A DNA stretch of 32,654 nucleotides from an uncultured Pseudomonadota bacterium (GTDB lineage Bacteria; Babelota; Babeliae; Babelales; UBA12411): the NCBI GenBank assembly GCA_964415095.1, contig CAYPYR010000005.1, positions 1-32,654 of the forward strand, written 5' to 3'. This document shows positions 6,540 through 14,907 of the stretch, piece by piece. Every line of letters starts with the position of its first letter. Position 1 is the stretch's first letter. The translations under genes and the position numbers were made by a program. The notes beneath the pieces were generated by a model. The model was not told the origin of the DNA and ran no database searches. It saw only the letters and a program-made list of their open reading frames with translations.

Positions 6540-8189
6540 TTAATTGTTGTGAGGCATATCTCTTTTGTGCAGTGAATTGAGTATCGTGAGCATGCCAAAA
6601 CATACTGAAAACCCGACGAGTAATGATGCTATTACCATAACAGCGGCACCTTGTGTCGCTAAAAATCCGGCTACTAAAAAAGCACAAGCAGTGCCAATGA
6701 ATGCTGGCAGTGAATAAATCATCTGAGAGTGCACGTGATCTATATGATGAGCCCCAGCACTGGTAGATGACATATTAGTGGTATCAGAAATTGGTGAGAT
6801 ATGATCTCCAGCGATTGATCCACAGAGTGTTGCGCCAAGCACCGGAAGCAAGATGGTGGCATGATCCAACATAATTGGTGGGTTTGATCCAAGGATTGAG
6901 ACGACCATTGGTATTGCTATCGGAAACATAATTGCCGCGGTGCCCCACGAGGTACCAATTGCCAATGAAATGCCTGCTGAAAATATAAAAAGCATAAATG
7001 GTAAAAACTTAATGGAAGCAAATCCAAGTATTATATTAGCTAGATAAGATCCAGTATGAAGATCATTACGGAGAATATCACCGAGCGTCCAGGAGAGCAT
7101 TAATATCATGATTGCTGATAACATAATGGTAACACCTTCGGCAAAAATGCCGGGTAGCTCGCTCAACGTAAGTTTATTGCGCATGAGATAAAATATAATG
7201 CAGATGCATAATGTCATTATACCAGCAAGCATGAGGCTTTGATATGGATTAGCATGGCGAAATGCATCGAGTATCGAGAGTGATCCACCAAAAAGAAATG
7301 ATCCTCCCGTATATTGAATGCCAAAAAAAATGAATAGAAATAACGCAATAGTTGGCACAAAAAAATCTATCATCGATACTCGTTCTTTATTGCGAATATG
7401 AGCGCCACGGATTCTATAATGTCGCTCTTCTTTGCCGCCATAAAGATTCCCTGACTCAATAGCTATTTTTTCCTGATGAGCCATTGGCCCGAATGATATG
7501 CGTCGTACAACAATAAACCATGCAGTGCCTATAATAATAAATGAATAGAATAAAAAAGGAAAAATTCGGGTATACACTACAAATGGGTCGTCAAGAATCA
7601 ATGTTTGTGATGTTGCAATCCTAGAAACTCCGTTTTCACCAAGAAATCCAATAAGCGCTGCTGCCCAGCTTGATATTGGTGCTAAAATGGCAAGAGGGGA
7701 TGCCATAGAGTTTATGAGAAAAGCAAGTTTTATACGTGGAATCTTATATTGGTCAGTAAGGGGATGCATGACAGAACCAACCGTTAATGCACTAAAATAG
7801 TCATCAACGACGAGTGATGATGAGAGCAACAACGAAGCAATTTCTACCATAAAATTGTTCTTAAGGCGATTTTTTACAAAAACTCCATAAGCGTAAGTGC
7901 CACCGGAATGTCCAATGAGTGTAACAATCACCCCAAGCATACACAAGAAAAAGCAGATAAATGAATTTTTAGCGGTTACCAGTGTTGACCATGATCCATA
8001 GAGATTGATTTCTAAATTATCCCAAAAGTAATGTGCAGCAAGCATGAGAGCGCGATAAGGAGAAGATGGTATGACGATGAGCGCTGCGGTGAGAATGCCG
8101 CACGTGAGTGCTAAATGAACACGACGTGTTGCAAGGCCTAGAATAAAAACAATTATCGGGGGTAATAGAGCTAACCAATGGTCAGGCAT
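6540..8189 (-). CDS. NhaC-family Na+/H+ antiporter-like membrane transporter, copy 1
   Basis: 549-aa polytopic membrane protein. VVDDYFSALTVGSVMHPLTDQYKIPRIKLAFLINSMASPLAILAPISSW and the C-terminal GDHISPISDTT resemble NhaC-type antiporters as I remember them. Substrate is unknown. Confidence 0.75.
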   Translation of the reverse strand: MPDHWLALLPPIIVFILGLATRRVHLALTCGILTAALIVIPSSPYRALMLAAHYFWDNLEINLYGSWSTLVTAKNSFICFFLCMLGVIVTLIGHSGGTYAYGVFVKNRLKNNFMVEIASLLLSSSLVVDDYFSALTVGSVMHPLTDQYKIPRIKLAFLINSMASPLAILAPISSWAAALIGFLGENGVSRIATSQTLILDDPFVVYTRIFPFLFYSFIIIGTAWFIVVRRISFGPMAHQEKIAIESGNLYGGKEERHYRIRGAHIRNKERVSMIDFFVPTIALFLFIFFGIQYTGGSFLFGGSLSILDAFRHANPYQSLMLAGIMTLCICIIFYLMRNKLTLSELPGIFAEGVTIMLSAIMILMLSWTLGDILRNDLHTGSYLANIILGFASIKFLPFMLFIFSAGISLAIGTSWGTAAIMFPIAIPMVVSILGSNPPIMLDHATILLPVLGATLCGSIAGDHISPISDTTNMSSTSAGAHHIDHVHSQMIYSLPAFIGTACAFLVAGFLATQGAAVMVIASLLVGFSVCFGMLTILNSLHKRDMPHNN

Positions 8190-8338
8190 ATATTGTCCTT
8201 TGACAGTAGTAAAAAATATAAAAATTAGTACACATAATTTTATAATAACCTAAACATTCTTTTTGAGTATGTTTAATGTGTAAAATGTTAAAAAAACCTA
8301 AAAACAAAGAGTTTTATAAATTAACAACTATGGGTATT

Positions 8339-9970
8339 TTATGGAAGTTTTTTATTATTATTACATATTGTAAGTAATAATAAACTGATCAAGATACCAA
8401 TAAGATTTGATCCAACAACCATAATCAATATACCATAATTAGCTAAAAAGCCAGTGGCTAGAAATGCGCAACATGTTGCAAAGTAGATTGGTAATGCATA
8501 CGTGACTTGACCTTGTATAAGGTCGTTGTGACGTGCTCCGGTGCTCGTTGATGACATTATTGTTGTATCTGCGATTGGGGAGAGGTGATTACCTGCCACT
8601 GCCCCGGCAAGGACGGCGCCGAGTACGGGAAGAAGCATAAGCACATTATCAAGTGTTACTGGTGGATTCAGTCCTAAGGTTGATACAACCATTGGGATGG
8701 CGATGGAGAACATAAGTGCAGCAGCGCCCCACGATGTGCCAATTGCCATAGAAGTAATGGTTGAGAGAACAAAAAATATTACCGGGAGCAATGTGATTGA
8801 AGCAACGCTTTTCATGAGATTTGCTAAATATACGCCCGTCTTTAAATCTACGCGTAAAATATCGCCGAGTGTCCACGCAAGCATCAACATAATAATAGCC
8901 GGTAGCATCATCTGGATGCCTTCATAAATAATATAAGGTAATTGATGAGAGGTAATCTTGCTTCGTAACAGATAAAAAAGAATGGTGATTGTTAGGGTAA
9001 TGATGCCAGCAATTACTAAGCCCTGATAAGGGTTTGCCGATCGGAAAGCATTAATGATCGTATTCGCACCACCGAAAATCCAAGAATCACCCGTATATTG
9101 TATTGCACCAAGAATGCTACAAAATAAAGTGATAATTGGAATAAGAAAATCAATCAGAGAAGTATGAACTTGTGAGGGCAGAGTGTTTGCATCTGAGGAG
9201 GTTGCTGTCGTAGATTCTCCAAATAAGTTTGCGGTGGTTTGAGCAATGTGTTCATGATTGCCGATTAAGCCAAATGAAATGCGCTTAAGTACAATAAACC
9301 ATGTTGCACTAATCATAATAACCGAGTAAAAAATAAACGGTAAAATGCGTGAGTATACAATAAAGGGATCAGCAAGAATGATAGTTCCGGGTGTGTTAAT
9401 TATTGAAACACCATTTTCACCTAAGAAACCAATAATTGCGGCAACCCAGCTTGAAATGGGTGCTAAAATTACCAACGGTGCTGCCATTGCATTGACCAAA
9501 AAAGCAAGCTTGACGCGCGGGACATTAAAACGGTCGGTAAGCGGGCGCATGACTGAACCGCAAGTGAGTGTGCTAAAATAATCATCAACAAAGATCAGAG
9601 AAGAAAGTAGGAGTGTTGCAATTTCAGCAGAGCGTGTGTTCTTAAGTTTATTGCGCACAAATGAACCATAGGCATGTGCACCACCAGAATATTGAACTAG
9701 TAATACAATAATACCAAGCATGCATAAGAATAATGCAATAAAAGAGTTCTGCGATGTAGTTATGTGATGCCATGATGTATAGTTTGCAAGTTCAAGATTT
9801 TCCCAAAGATAACGAATTGCTAGTGTAAATCCAGCGAGAAGTGATCCTTTTGCGGCTATAAGAGAAGCAGTAACGATCCCACCAATGAGCGATAGCAAAA
9901 CGCGTTGTGTTAAAAAACCTAATGCAAGTACTATTAATGGTGGAATAACCACTAACCAATTATATGACAT
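8339..9970 (-). CDS. NhaC-family Na+/H+ antiporter-like membrane transporter, copy 2 (paralog)
   Basis: Colinear with copy 1 (FVDDYFSTLTCGSVMRPLTDRFNVPRVKLAFLVNAMAAPLVILAPISSW; GNHLSPIADTT). Start trimmed to MSYNWLVVIPP at 9970, because the track start at 10090 would overlap the end of dapF. Confidence 0.75.
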   Translation of the reverse strand: MSYNWLVVIPPLIVLALGFLTQRVLLSLIGGIVTASLIAAKGSLLAGFTLAIRYLWENLELANYTSWHHITTSQNSFIALFLCMLGIIVLLVQYSGGAHAYGSFVRNKLKNTRSAEIATLLLSSLIFVDDYFSTLTCGSVMRPLTDRFNVPRVKLAFLVNAMAAPLVILAPISSWVAAIIGFLGENGVSIINTPGTIILADPFIVYSRILPFIFYSVIMISATWFIVLKRISFGLIGNHEHIAQTTANLFGESTTATSSDANTLPSQVHTSLIDFLIPIITLFCSILGAIQYTGDSWIFGGANTIINAFRSANPYQGLVIAGIITLTITILFYLLRSKITSHQLPYIIYEGIQMMLPAIIMLMLAWTLGDILRVDLKTGVYLANLMKSVASITLLPVIFFVLSTITSMAIGTSWGAAALMFSIAIPMVVSTLGLNPPVTLDNVLMLLPVLGAVLAGAVAGNHLSPIADTTIMSSTSTGARHNDLIQGQVTYALPIYFATCCAFLATGFLANYGILIMVVGSNLIGILISLLLLTICNNNKKLP

Positions 9971-10010
9971 ATAATCCCTGAGTAATAACATGTTAATATT
10001 ATTTGAATTT

Positions 10011-10826
10011 TTATATATTGAGTATATCGAGACTTGCTGAAAATACAAAATATGCAGAAGCTTCTTGCCAAATTGTCCCACCATCATCAATCCATGAGGT
10101 TAGTATACCACCGGGCATAGTAATAAAAATTTTCTGATCTACGTCGATAGTTTCAGTGTGATAGAGCATAGCCATAGCAGCCGCTGCGCCCGAACTGCAT
10201 GCTTGCGTTATACCACAACCGCGCTCATAGACGATCAGCTCATAAGTATTATCTTTTGATTGCTGAGTTAAAGACCCTAAGTTTACGCCGTTTGGAAAGT
10301 ATTGATGATGAGTCAAAACTTTTCCGTAATGTTCAAGTGTAGTGCGTGAAAGTGGTTCATTGATAACAAAATGTGGATTTCCCATATCGACATAAAAACC
10401 ATTTATTGAGCGATCATCAATAACAATAGTTTTAGATACTATCTCAAATGGCTTGCCGATATTTAATGTAATATATTTTTCGTGCACGATTCCGGTAATA
10501 GTGCGTGTGTCCATGCGCACTATAATTTTGTTATCAAAATTATGATATGTTCTAAGATGCAGCAGGGCGCATCGCAGCCCGTTTAAACAAATTTGACCTG
10601 CTGAACCATCAGCATTAAAAACTTGAATTCGCGGTGTTTGATCATGATCTTTGGTAAGCACTAAAATGCCGTCAGCGCCAATACCACGATGTCGATTACA
10701 CCAGGAGTGAATAATAGATTGTGAGTTTGGGACAGAAATAATATGAGCTATTACTCCCGGATTCTCAATACCATCGACGAGTATAAAATCATTTTCAAGT
10801 GAGTGATATTTAAAAAATGGAATCAT
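10011..10826 (-). CDS. dapF: Diaminopimelate epimerase
   Basis: N-terminal FKYHSLENDFILVD, then NADGSAGQICLNGLRC and ERGCGITQACSSGAAA (the two catalytic Cys regions), and GNPHFV. Confidence 0.85.
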   Translation of the reverse strand: MIPFFKYHSLENDFILVDGIENPGVIAHIISVPNSQSIIHSWCNRHRGIGADGILVLTKDHDQTPRIQVFNADGSAGQICLNGLRCALLHLRTYHNFDNKIIVRMDTRTITGIVHEKYITLNIGKPFEIVSKTIVIDDRSINGFYVDMGNPHFVINEPLSRTTLEHYGKVLTHHQYFPNGVNLGSLTQQSKDNTYELIVYERGCGITQACSSGAAAAMAMLYHTETIDVDQKIFITMPGGILTSWIDDGGTIWQEASAYFVFSASLDILNI

Positions 10827-10880
10827 AAGATAACAAGATTTTTATAATTGCTTGAGACAAGAGTACGTTATTAACTAACA

Positions 10881-11846
10881 TTACTTGTTAAAAACTTTAC
10901 TTAAATAGGCACGGCCAGAATCACCCAAAATAACAACCATTACATCTGTTTCGGTTAATTGTGATGCATATTGTTGTGCAACATGAATTACTGCGCCACT
11001 ACTAATGCCAACTAATATACCGTACGAACGTGCAAGATGACGAGTCATTGAAAATGCAGCATGATCGCTGATCGGTATTATCTCATCAATCACTGATCGA
11101 TTCAGTGTATCGCTAATAACATCAACGCCAATTCCTTCGGCTTCATATGCTTTTGGTTCAGGACTTGATAATTTCGAGGTGGCCGCATCAATACCAATAA
11201 TTTTGATTGAAGGATTCTGTTCTTTAAGATATCTGCCAACACCGGAAATAGTACCACAACTTCCCATGCCACAAAAAAAGTGAGTAATGCGCCCTGCAGT
11301 TTGTCGCCAAATTTCTGGTCCTGTTGTTGCATAATGCGCGGTGGGATTGGCAAGATTGTAATATTGATTTGGCATGAAAGCGCCGGGAATTTGCGCTACT
11401 AACTCTTTTGCTTTTTGATGATAGCTATTAGAATCTTCAAGATTATCGGTGTCAGGACATACATATACTTTCGCGCCGTAGGCACGCAGCGTTGCAATTT
11501 TTTCTAAACTGGTACGATCTGGTACAGTCACAATTACATTATATCCTTTAATTGCGCCAATCATCGCAAGTGCAATACCTTGATTTCCCGAAGATGCTTC
11601 TACAATAGTGCCACCTGGTTTCAGCGTGCCATTTTTTTCTGCATCATTAATCATATAGAGTGCCGAGCGATCTTTGATGCTGCCACCTGGATTAAGATAT
11701 TCCAGTTTTGCAAGTAACGTTGGTTTGATGCCAATATTAAGTGCGACCAGTGGAGTATTACCTATGAGATCAAGCAACCCATGATAGTGACTAAAGCCAT
11801 TGTTGTTGATTATCGGGTACGTCGTGTCATTTTTTTCAATATTCAT
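10881..11846 (-). CDS. PLP-dependent cysteine synthase / cystathionine beta-synthase family enzyme
   Basis: NPGGSIKDRSALYMI carries the PLP lysine. Also SSGNQGIALA and GMGSCGTISG (a diverged Gly loop). At 321 aa it has no CBS-pair extension. Confidence 0.82.
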   Translation of the reverse strand: MNIEKNDTTYPIINNNGFSHYHGLLDLIGNTPLVALNIGIKPTLLAKLEYLNPGGSIKDRSALYMINDAEKNGTLKPGGTIVEASSGNQGIALAMIGAIKGYNVIVTVPDRTSLEKIATLRAYGAKVYVCPDTDNLEDSNSYHQKAKELVAQIPGAFMPNQYYNLANPTAHYATTGPEIWRQTAGRITHFFCGMGSCGTISGVGRYLKEQNPSIKIIGIDAATSKLSSPEPKAYEAEGIGVDVISDTLNRSVIDEIIPISDHAAFSMTRHLARSYGILVGISSGAVIHVAQQYASQLTETDVMVVILGDSGRAYLSKVFNK

Positions 11847-12094
11847 GTAACTTTACCTTCAAGCTCGGCGCGATTGGGTAATTTTTTAAACCAATAAATA
11901 TAGTTGTTTTCTAAAAGATATTCTAAATGATCAACAAAAAGTTCTTCGAATGCCGGTGCTACAAAAAATTCTATAATATCTTCAGACGGAGTAAGTGTGC
12001 GATCAAATACCCAGTGATCTTCATTGCGCAATGTTCCGGCAACAAACCATGTTTTTTCACGAACAGCTTTTGCTTGATAATAGGTACAAAACAT
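11843..12094 (-). CDS. Small hypothetical protein, 83 aa
   Basis: The ORF fills the gap between the transporter stop (12101) and the cysK-like start. Its stop overlaps that start codon as ATGA (11843-11846), which suggests translational coupling. I cannot confidently name a family. Confidence 0.6.
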   Translation of the reverse strand: MFCTYYQAKAVREKTWFVAGTLRNEDHWVFDRTLTPSEDIIEFFVAPAFEELFVDHLEYLLENNYIYWFKKLPNRAELEGKVT

Positions 12095-12100
12095 AACGTT

Positions 12101-13369
12101 CTATTCTTGTGCTGAAATTGGTGATTGTTCTATGGCAATTTCTTGATCGATAATCATGGTAACGCAACCATCTGACCAAACATTAAGTGCCGTTTCAACC
12201 ATATCAATAATTGTATAGAAGGGCAAGATGACGAATAATAGTGAGAGGCCTTCTTGTGGTACATTCATACCAACTAAAAATGCAGAAGCAAGAAAGTAGC
12301 AGCCCATCGGAACGCCAGCATTACCAATAGCTGCTAACGTTGCAATAAAGACCCAGGCGATCATCTCGGGTAATGAAAAAGTAAAGCCACTTTTTGATGC
12401 AACGAATAATACCGTAATCAATATAAAAGCCGCACAACCATTCATATTAATTACCGTGCACAATGGAAGCGTGAAGTTTGCTATGCGTTCCTTAACACCA
12501 AGTTCTTTGGTCATGCATTCCATGGTAACTGGCAATGTAGCATTTGATGATTTAGAAAAAAAAGCAACGGTCAGTGCACGCGCCATGCCACGGAACATAC
12601 GAAGAGGAGATATCTTCTTTATTTTAAGTAATAGCGGTAAAAAAATCATGCCTTGCAGCAAGTTAGCAAGTAATATACAGACAATATAGAGTAATAAACT
12701 TTGGACGTCTTTATGATTACTGGTCTTTGCAAGATCGGCAATAAAAATACTAATAAATGCCCACACACCAAATGGCATCAAAAATATGATAAAAGTAGTA
12801 ATTTTTAAGGTTGCAGCAAACAAACTAGCAAAAAAAACTTGCAGCGGCTTCTTTTGTTCTTCATGCAATGAGAGTATTGCAATGCTTAAAAGAGCTGCAA
12901 TAAAGACCACACTCATCACCTTTGTGTTATCACTGAGTGCAGATAAAATATTATTCGGAATGATTTCTAATATAAATGAAAGGTAACTTTTTGATGCAAT
13001 GATTGCCTCAGTTGCCATAGCATTGAGTGCGATTGTGCTTCTGGTTGGATCAATTAAGAGAAAGAGTATTAAACCGATACTTGCCGCTACTAACGTTGTT
13101 AATAAAGTATATTTCAACGTTTTCTTACCCAGTTTTTTCATCTCTTCGAAACTTTCCATATTCGAAATGGTAGCGACGATGGAGAGGAAAATAACGGGTA
13201 AACTAATAAGTTGCATTAAGTCGATGAAGATTTTTGCAATTAATTGAGCACTATTTTGTACGATTGAAGCATATGGATATGCCTGGTAAATATATAGTCC
13301 TGAGATTATTCCCGCAAGTGTTGAGAGCAGCATAATGCTGCCTTGTGATCGAAGTATACGTAGGTTCAT
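12101..13369 (-). CDS. Dicarboxylate/amino acid:cation symporter (DAACS, GltP-like) family transporter
   Basis: 422-aa polytopic protein. SSNATLPVTMEC...TVINMNGCAAF...IGNAGVPMG...DMVETALNVWSD corresponds to the conserved reentrant-loop motifs of the sodium:dicarboxylate symporter family. Confidence 0.82.
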   Translation of the reverse strand: MNLRILRSQGSIMLLSTLAGIISGLYIYQAYPYASIVQNSAQLIAKIFIDLMQLISLPVIFLSIVATISNMESFEEMKKLGKKTLKYTLLTTLVAASIGLILFLLIDPTRSTIALNAMATEAIIASKSYLSFILEIIPNNILSALSDNTKVMSVVFIAALLSIAILSLHEEQKKPLQVFFASLFAATLKITTFIIFLMPFGVWAFISIFIADLAKTSNHKDVQSLLLYIVCILLANLLQGMIFLPLLLKIKKISPLRMFRGMARALTVAFFSKSSNATLPVTMECMTKELGVKERIANFTLPLCTVINMNGCAAFILITVLFVASKSGFTFSLPEMIAWVFIATLAAIGNAGVPMGCYFLASAFLVGMNVPQEGLSLLFVILPFYTIIDMVETALNVWSDGCVTMIIDQEIAIEQSPISAQE

Positions 13370-13480
13370 AAGAATACATCCTTAAAATTTTTGTGTTGAG
13401 GAGATACTTCCCTCGCTAGAGCTTTATTTAAATAATAAAGTATACAGCATCTATTGATACGTCAAACATAATGAGTTTTA

Positions 13481-13508
13481 TTGACAGTTATTGCATGAAT
13501 GCTACGAT
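13481..13508 (+). promoter_or_regulatory. Candidate sigma70-type promoter for the 13570 gene
   Basis: TTGACA (13481-13486), a 16-nt spacer containing TG, then TACGAT (13503-13508). Confidence 0.45.
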
Positions 13509-13569
13509 GTTTGAAGGTGATTTTAAGGGGAGCCAATATTTTAAATGTTACTATTTTCAAGGGATGTTC

Positions 13570-14739
13570 ATGAAAAATCATATAAAATTTATACAAGTAT
13601 TACTCTACAGTCTTGTTTGGTCATGTGGAATAGTGGCTGAAGGTGAGATTGTTTGCAAAGACCAAAAAACTTTTGAGGTCATTCAAAACGAAACGAGTCT
13701 ATATAATTCCAATGGAAAACCAGCAGCTACACTTCTTTACGATGCAGTATATGATTCTACTAATCAGATTATCTATTCAAAAAATCAAATTACTCAAAAG
13801 AGGTTTGAACAATTGCAATTGTCTTTCGAGCATGCTACGCAGCTTCAACAAAATATGATGTTGCGTGATAATAAAAGAGGCAAATCATATGAAAAGATAT
13901 TGAATGCTAGGATCGGATTTGGAGAATATGCGGTTGATACCACAAATAAGATATGCATTGAAGATATAAAATCCTATGATAAAGCAATTAAGTTGGCCTT
14001 AGAGCAAGAGATACAAGAAAAAAGAGAATTTTGTGCAAAGATATGTTTGGCTATGCTTAGTAATAAATCTAATGTTGAAAAGTCAGTAAAATTGTTTAAA
14101 AAATTACTCTTATGTGAATTAAAAGATCACTGGAGGTATTGTTTTGATGAAAACGAATATAAAGAAACATTGATGTTGAAAGATGGCTCAAAACTTTCTA
14201 AAGGTTTAGAACAAATTCGAACCAGTTTAAATCAATTTTTAAGCCAAAGTAAAGACAAATCATTTGAAATCAATGCTCAGCATCTCGCACTCATTGAGAA
14301 AAATTTCAACATTCTTTTAAGCGAACAACAAGCGTTTTTCAAGTTTTTACAGGAACATGATATTCTAAATAGCACCACTCATCTTGAAACTGGAGCTTTT
14401 AACCGGGTTCTTTTTGGAATAGTATCTATTTGTGGTGCTTTTATATGTTTGAATTTTGTTCTGTCAAAGGCAGAGTTTCCGGATCCTATAATAGGTCTTT
14501 TTTTTAAATCATTAGCAGTATGTATTTCTCTCTCAGTCGCTGCAATAGGATGGCATGCAATAGTTGAACCTCCTGCGAGTCTATCTGATGATATTGCTAA
14601 ACGCGAAAAAGAATTGCAAAGACAATACAACAATATTGATGAAAATAAAGTTAAAGAAATTATATCCCAAATTTTCCAAAATCCAGCATGGTTAGACGTA
14701 ATTAATCAAGAACAGATAGAAGCTGTTTTCAGTTACTAA
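13570..14739 (+). CDS. Hypothetical signal-peptide protein with a helical (probably coiled-coil) body and a C-terminal double transmembrane hairpin
   Basis: Start chosen at MKNHIKFIQVLLYSLVWSCGIVAEG (AAGGGA RBS 5 nt upstream; ATGs at 13471 and 13564 also exist). The middle is Lys/Glu/Gln-rich. Two hydrophobic segments, VLFGIVSICGAFICLNFVL and IIGLFFKSLAVCISLSVAAIGW, are separated by only 8 residues. No known family recognised. Confidence 0.62.
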   Translation: MKNHIKFIQVLLYSLVWSCGIVAEGEIVCKDQKTFEVIQNETSLYNSNGKPAATLLYDAVYDSTNQIIYSKNQITQKRFEQLQLSFEHATQLQQNMMLRDNKRGKSYEKILNARIGFGEYAVDTTNKICIEDIKSYDKAIKLALEQEIQEKREFCAKICLAMLSNKSNVEKSVKLFKKLLLCELKDHWRYCFDENEYKETLMLKDGSKLSKGLEQIRTSLNQFLSQSKDKSFEINAQHLALIEKNFNILLSEQQAFFKFLQEHDILNSTTHLETGAFNRVLFGIVSICGAFICLNFVLSKAEFPDPIIGLFFKSLAVCISLSVAAIGWHAIVEPPASLSDDIAKREKELQRQYNNIDENKVKEIISQIFQNPAWLDVINQEQIEAVFSY

Positions 14740-14766
14740 AAATAAAGCAGTACTCATTATTGATGT

Positions 14767-14807
14767 AGAAACGGTCCGACAGCAATATTGGACCGTTTCT
14801 TTTTTTT
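14767..14807 (+). terminator. Intrinsic terminator
   Basis: Perfect 11-bp stem agaaacggtcc / ggaccgtttct, a 12-nt loop, then seven T. Confidence 0.8.
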
Positions 14808-14818
14808 AGAGGGGCATT

Positions 14819-14847
14819 TTGTATTAGAAAAGTCTTTATGATATACT
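14819..14847 (+). promoter_or_regulatory. Candidate promoter with extended -10 (TGaTATACT) for the APC permease gene
   Basis: TTGTAT (14819-14824), a 17-nt spacer ending in TGa, then TATACT (14842-14847). Confidence 0.4.
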
Positions 14848-14907
14848 AGTTTTTTCATAATTTAACAAAAAACATAAGGCAATATTACTGTTTTGAGAGA
14901 ACAAACA

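Noticed and set aside
6540-9970. The two NhaC-like ORFs as halves of one disrupted gene (pseudogene)
   Set aside because: Each copy is full length and colinear with the other from N- to C-terminus, so they are tandem paralogs rather than fragments.
9971-10090. Upstream 40 codons of the 8339-10090 ORF
   Set aside because: They would overlap the 3' end of dapF by 80 nt. The paralog alignment with copy 1 starts at MSYNWLVV (9970).
13471-13569. Upstream 33 codons of the 13471-14739 ORF
   Set aside because: This segment contains the best promoter match (TTGACA...TACGAT). The Met at 13570 has an RBS and starts a signal-peptide-like segment. The true start remains somewhat uncertain.
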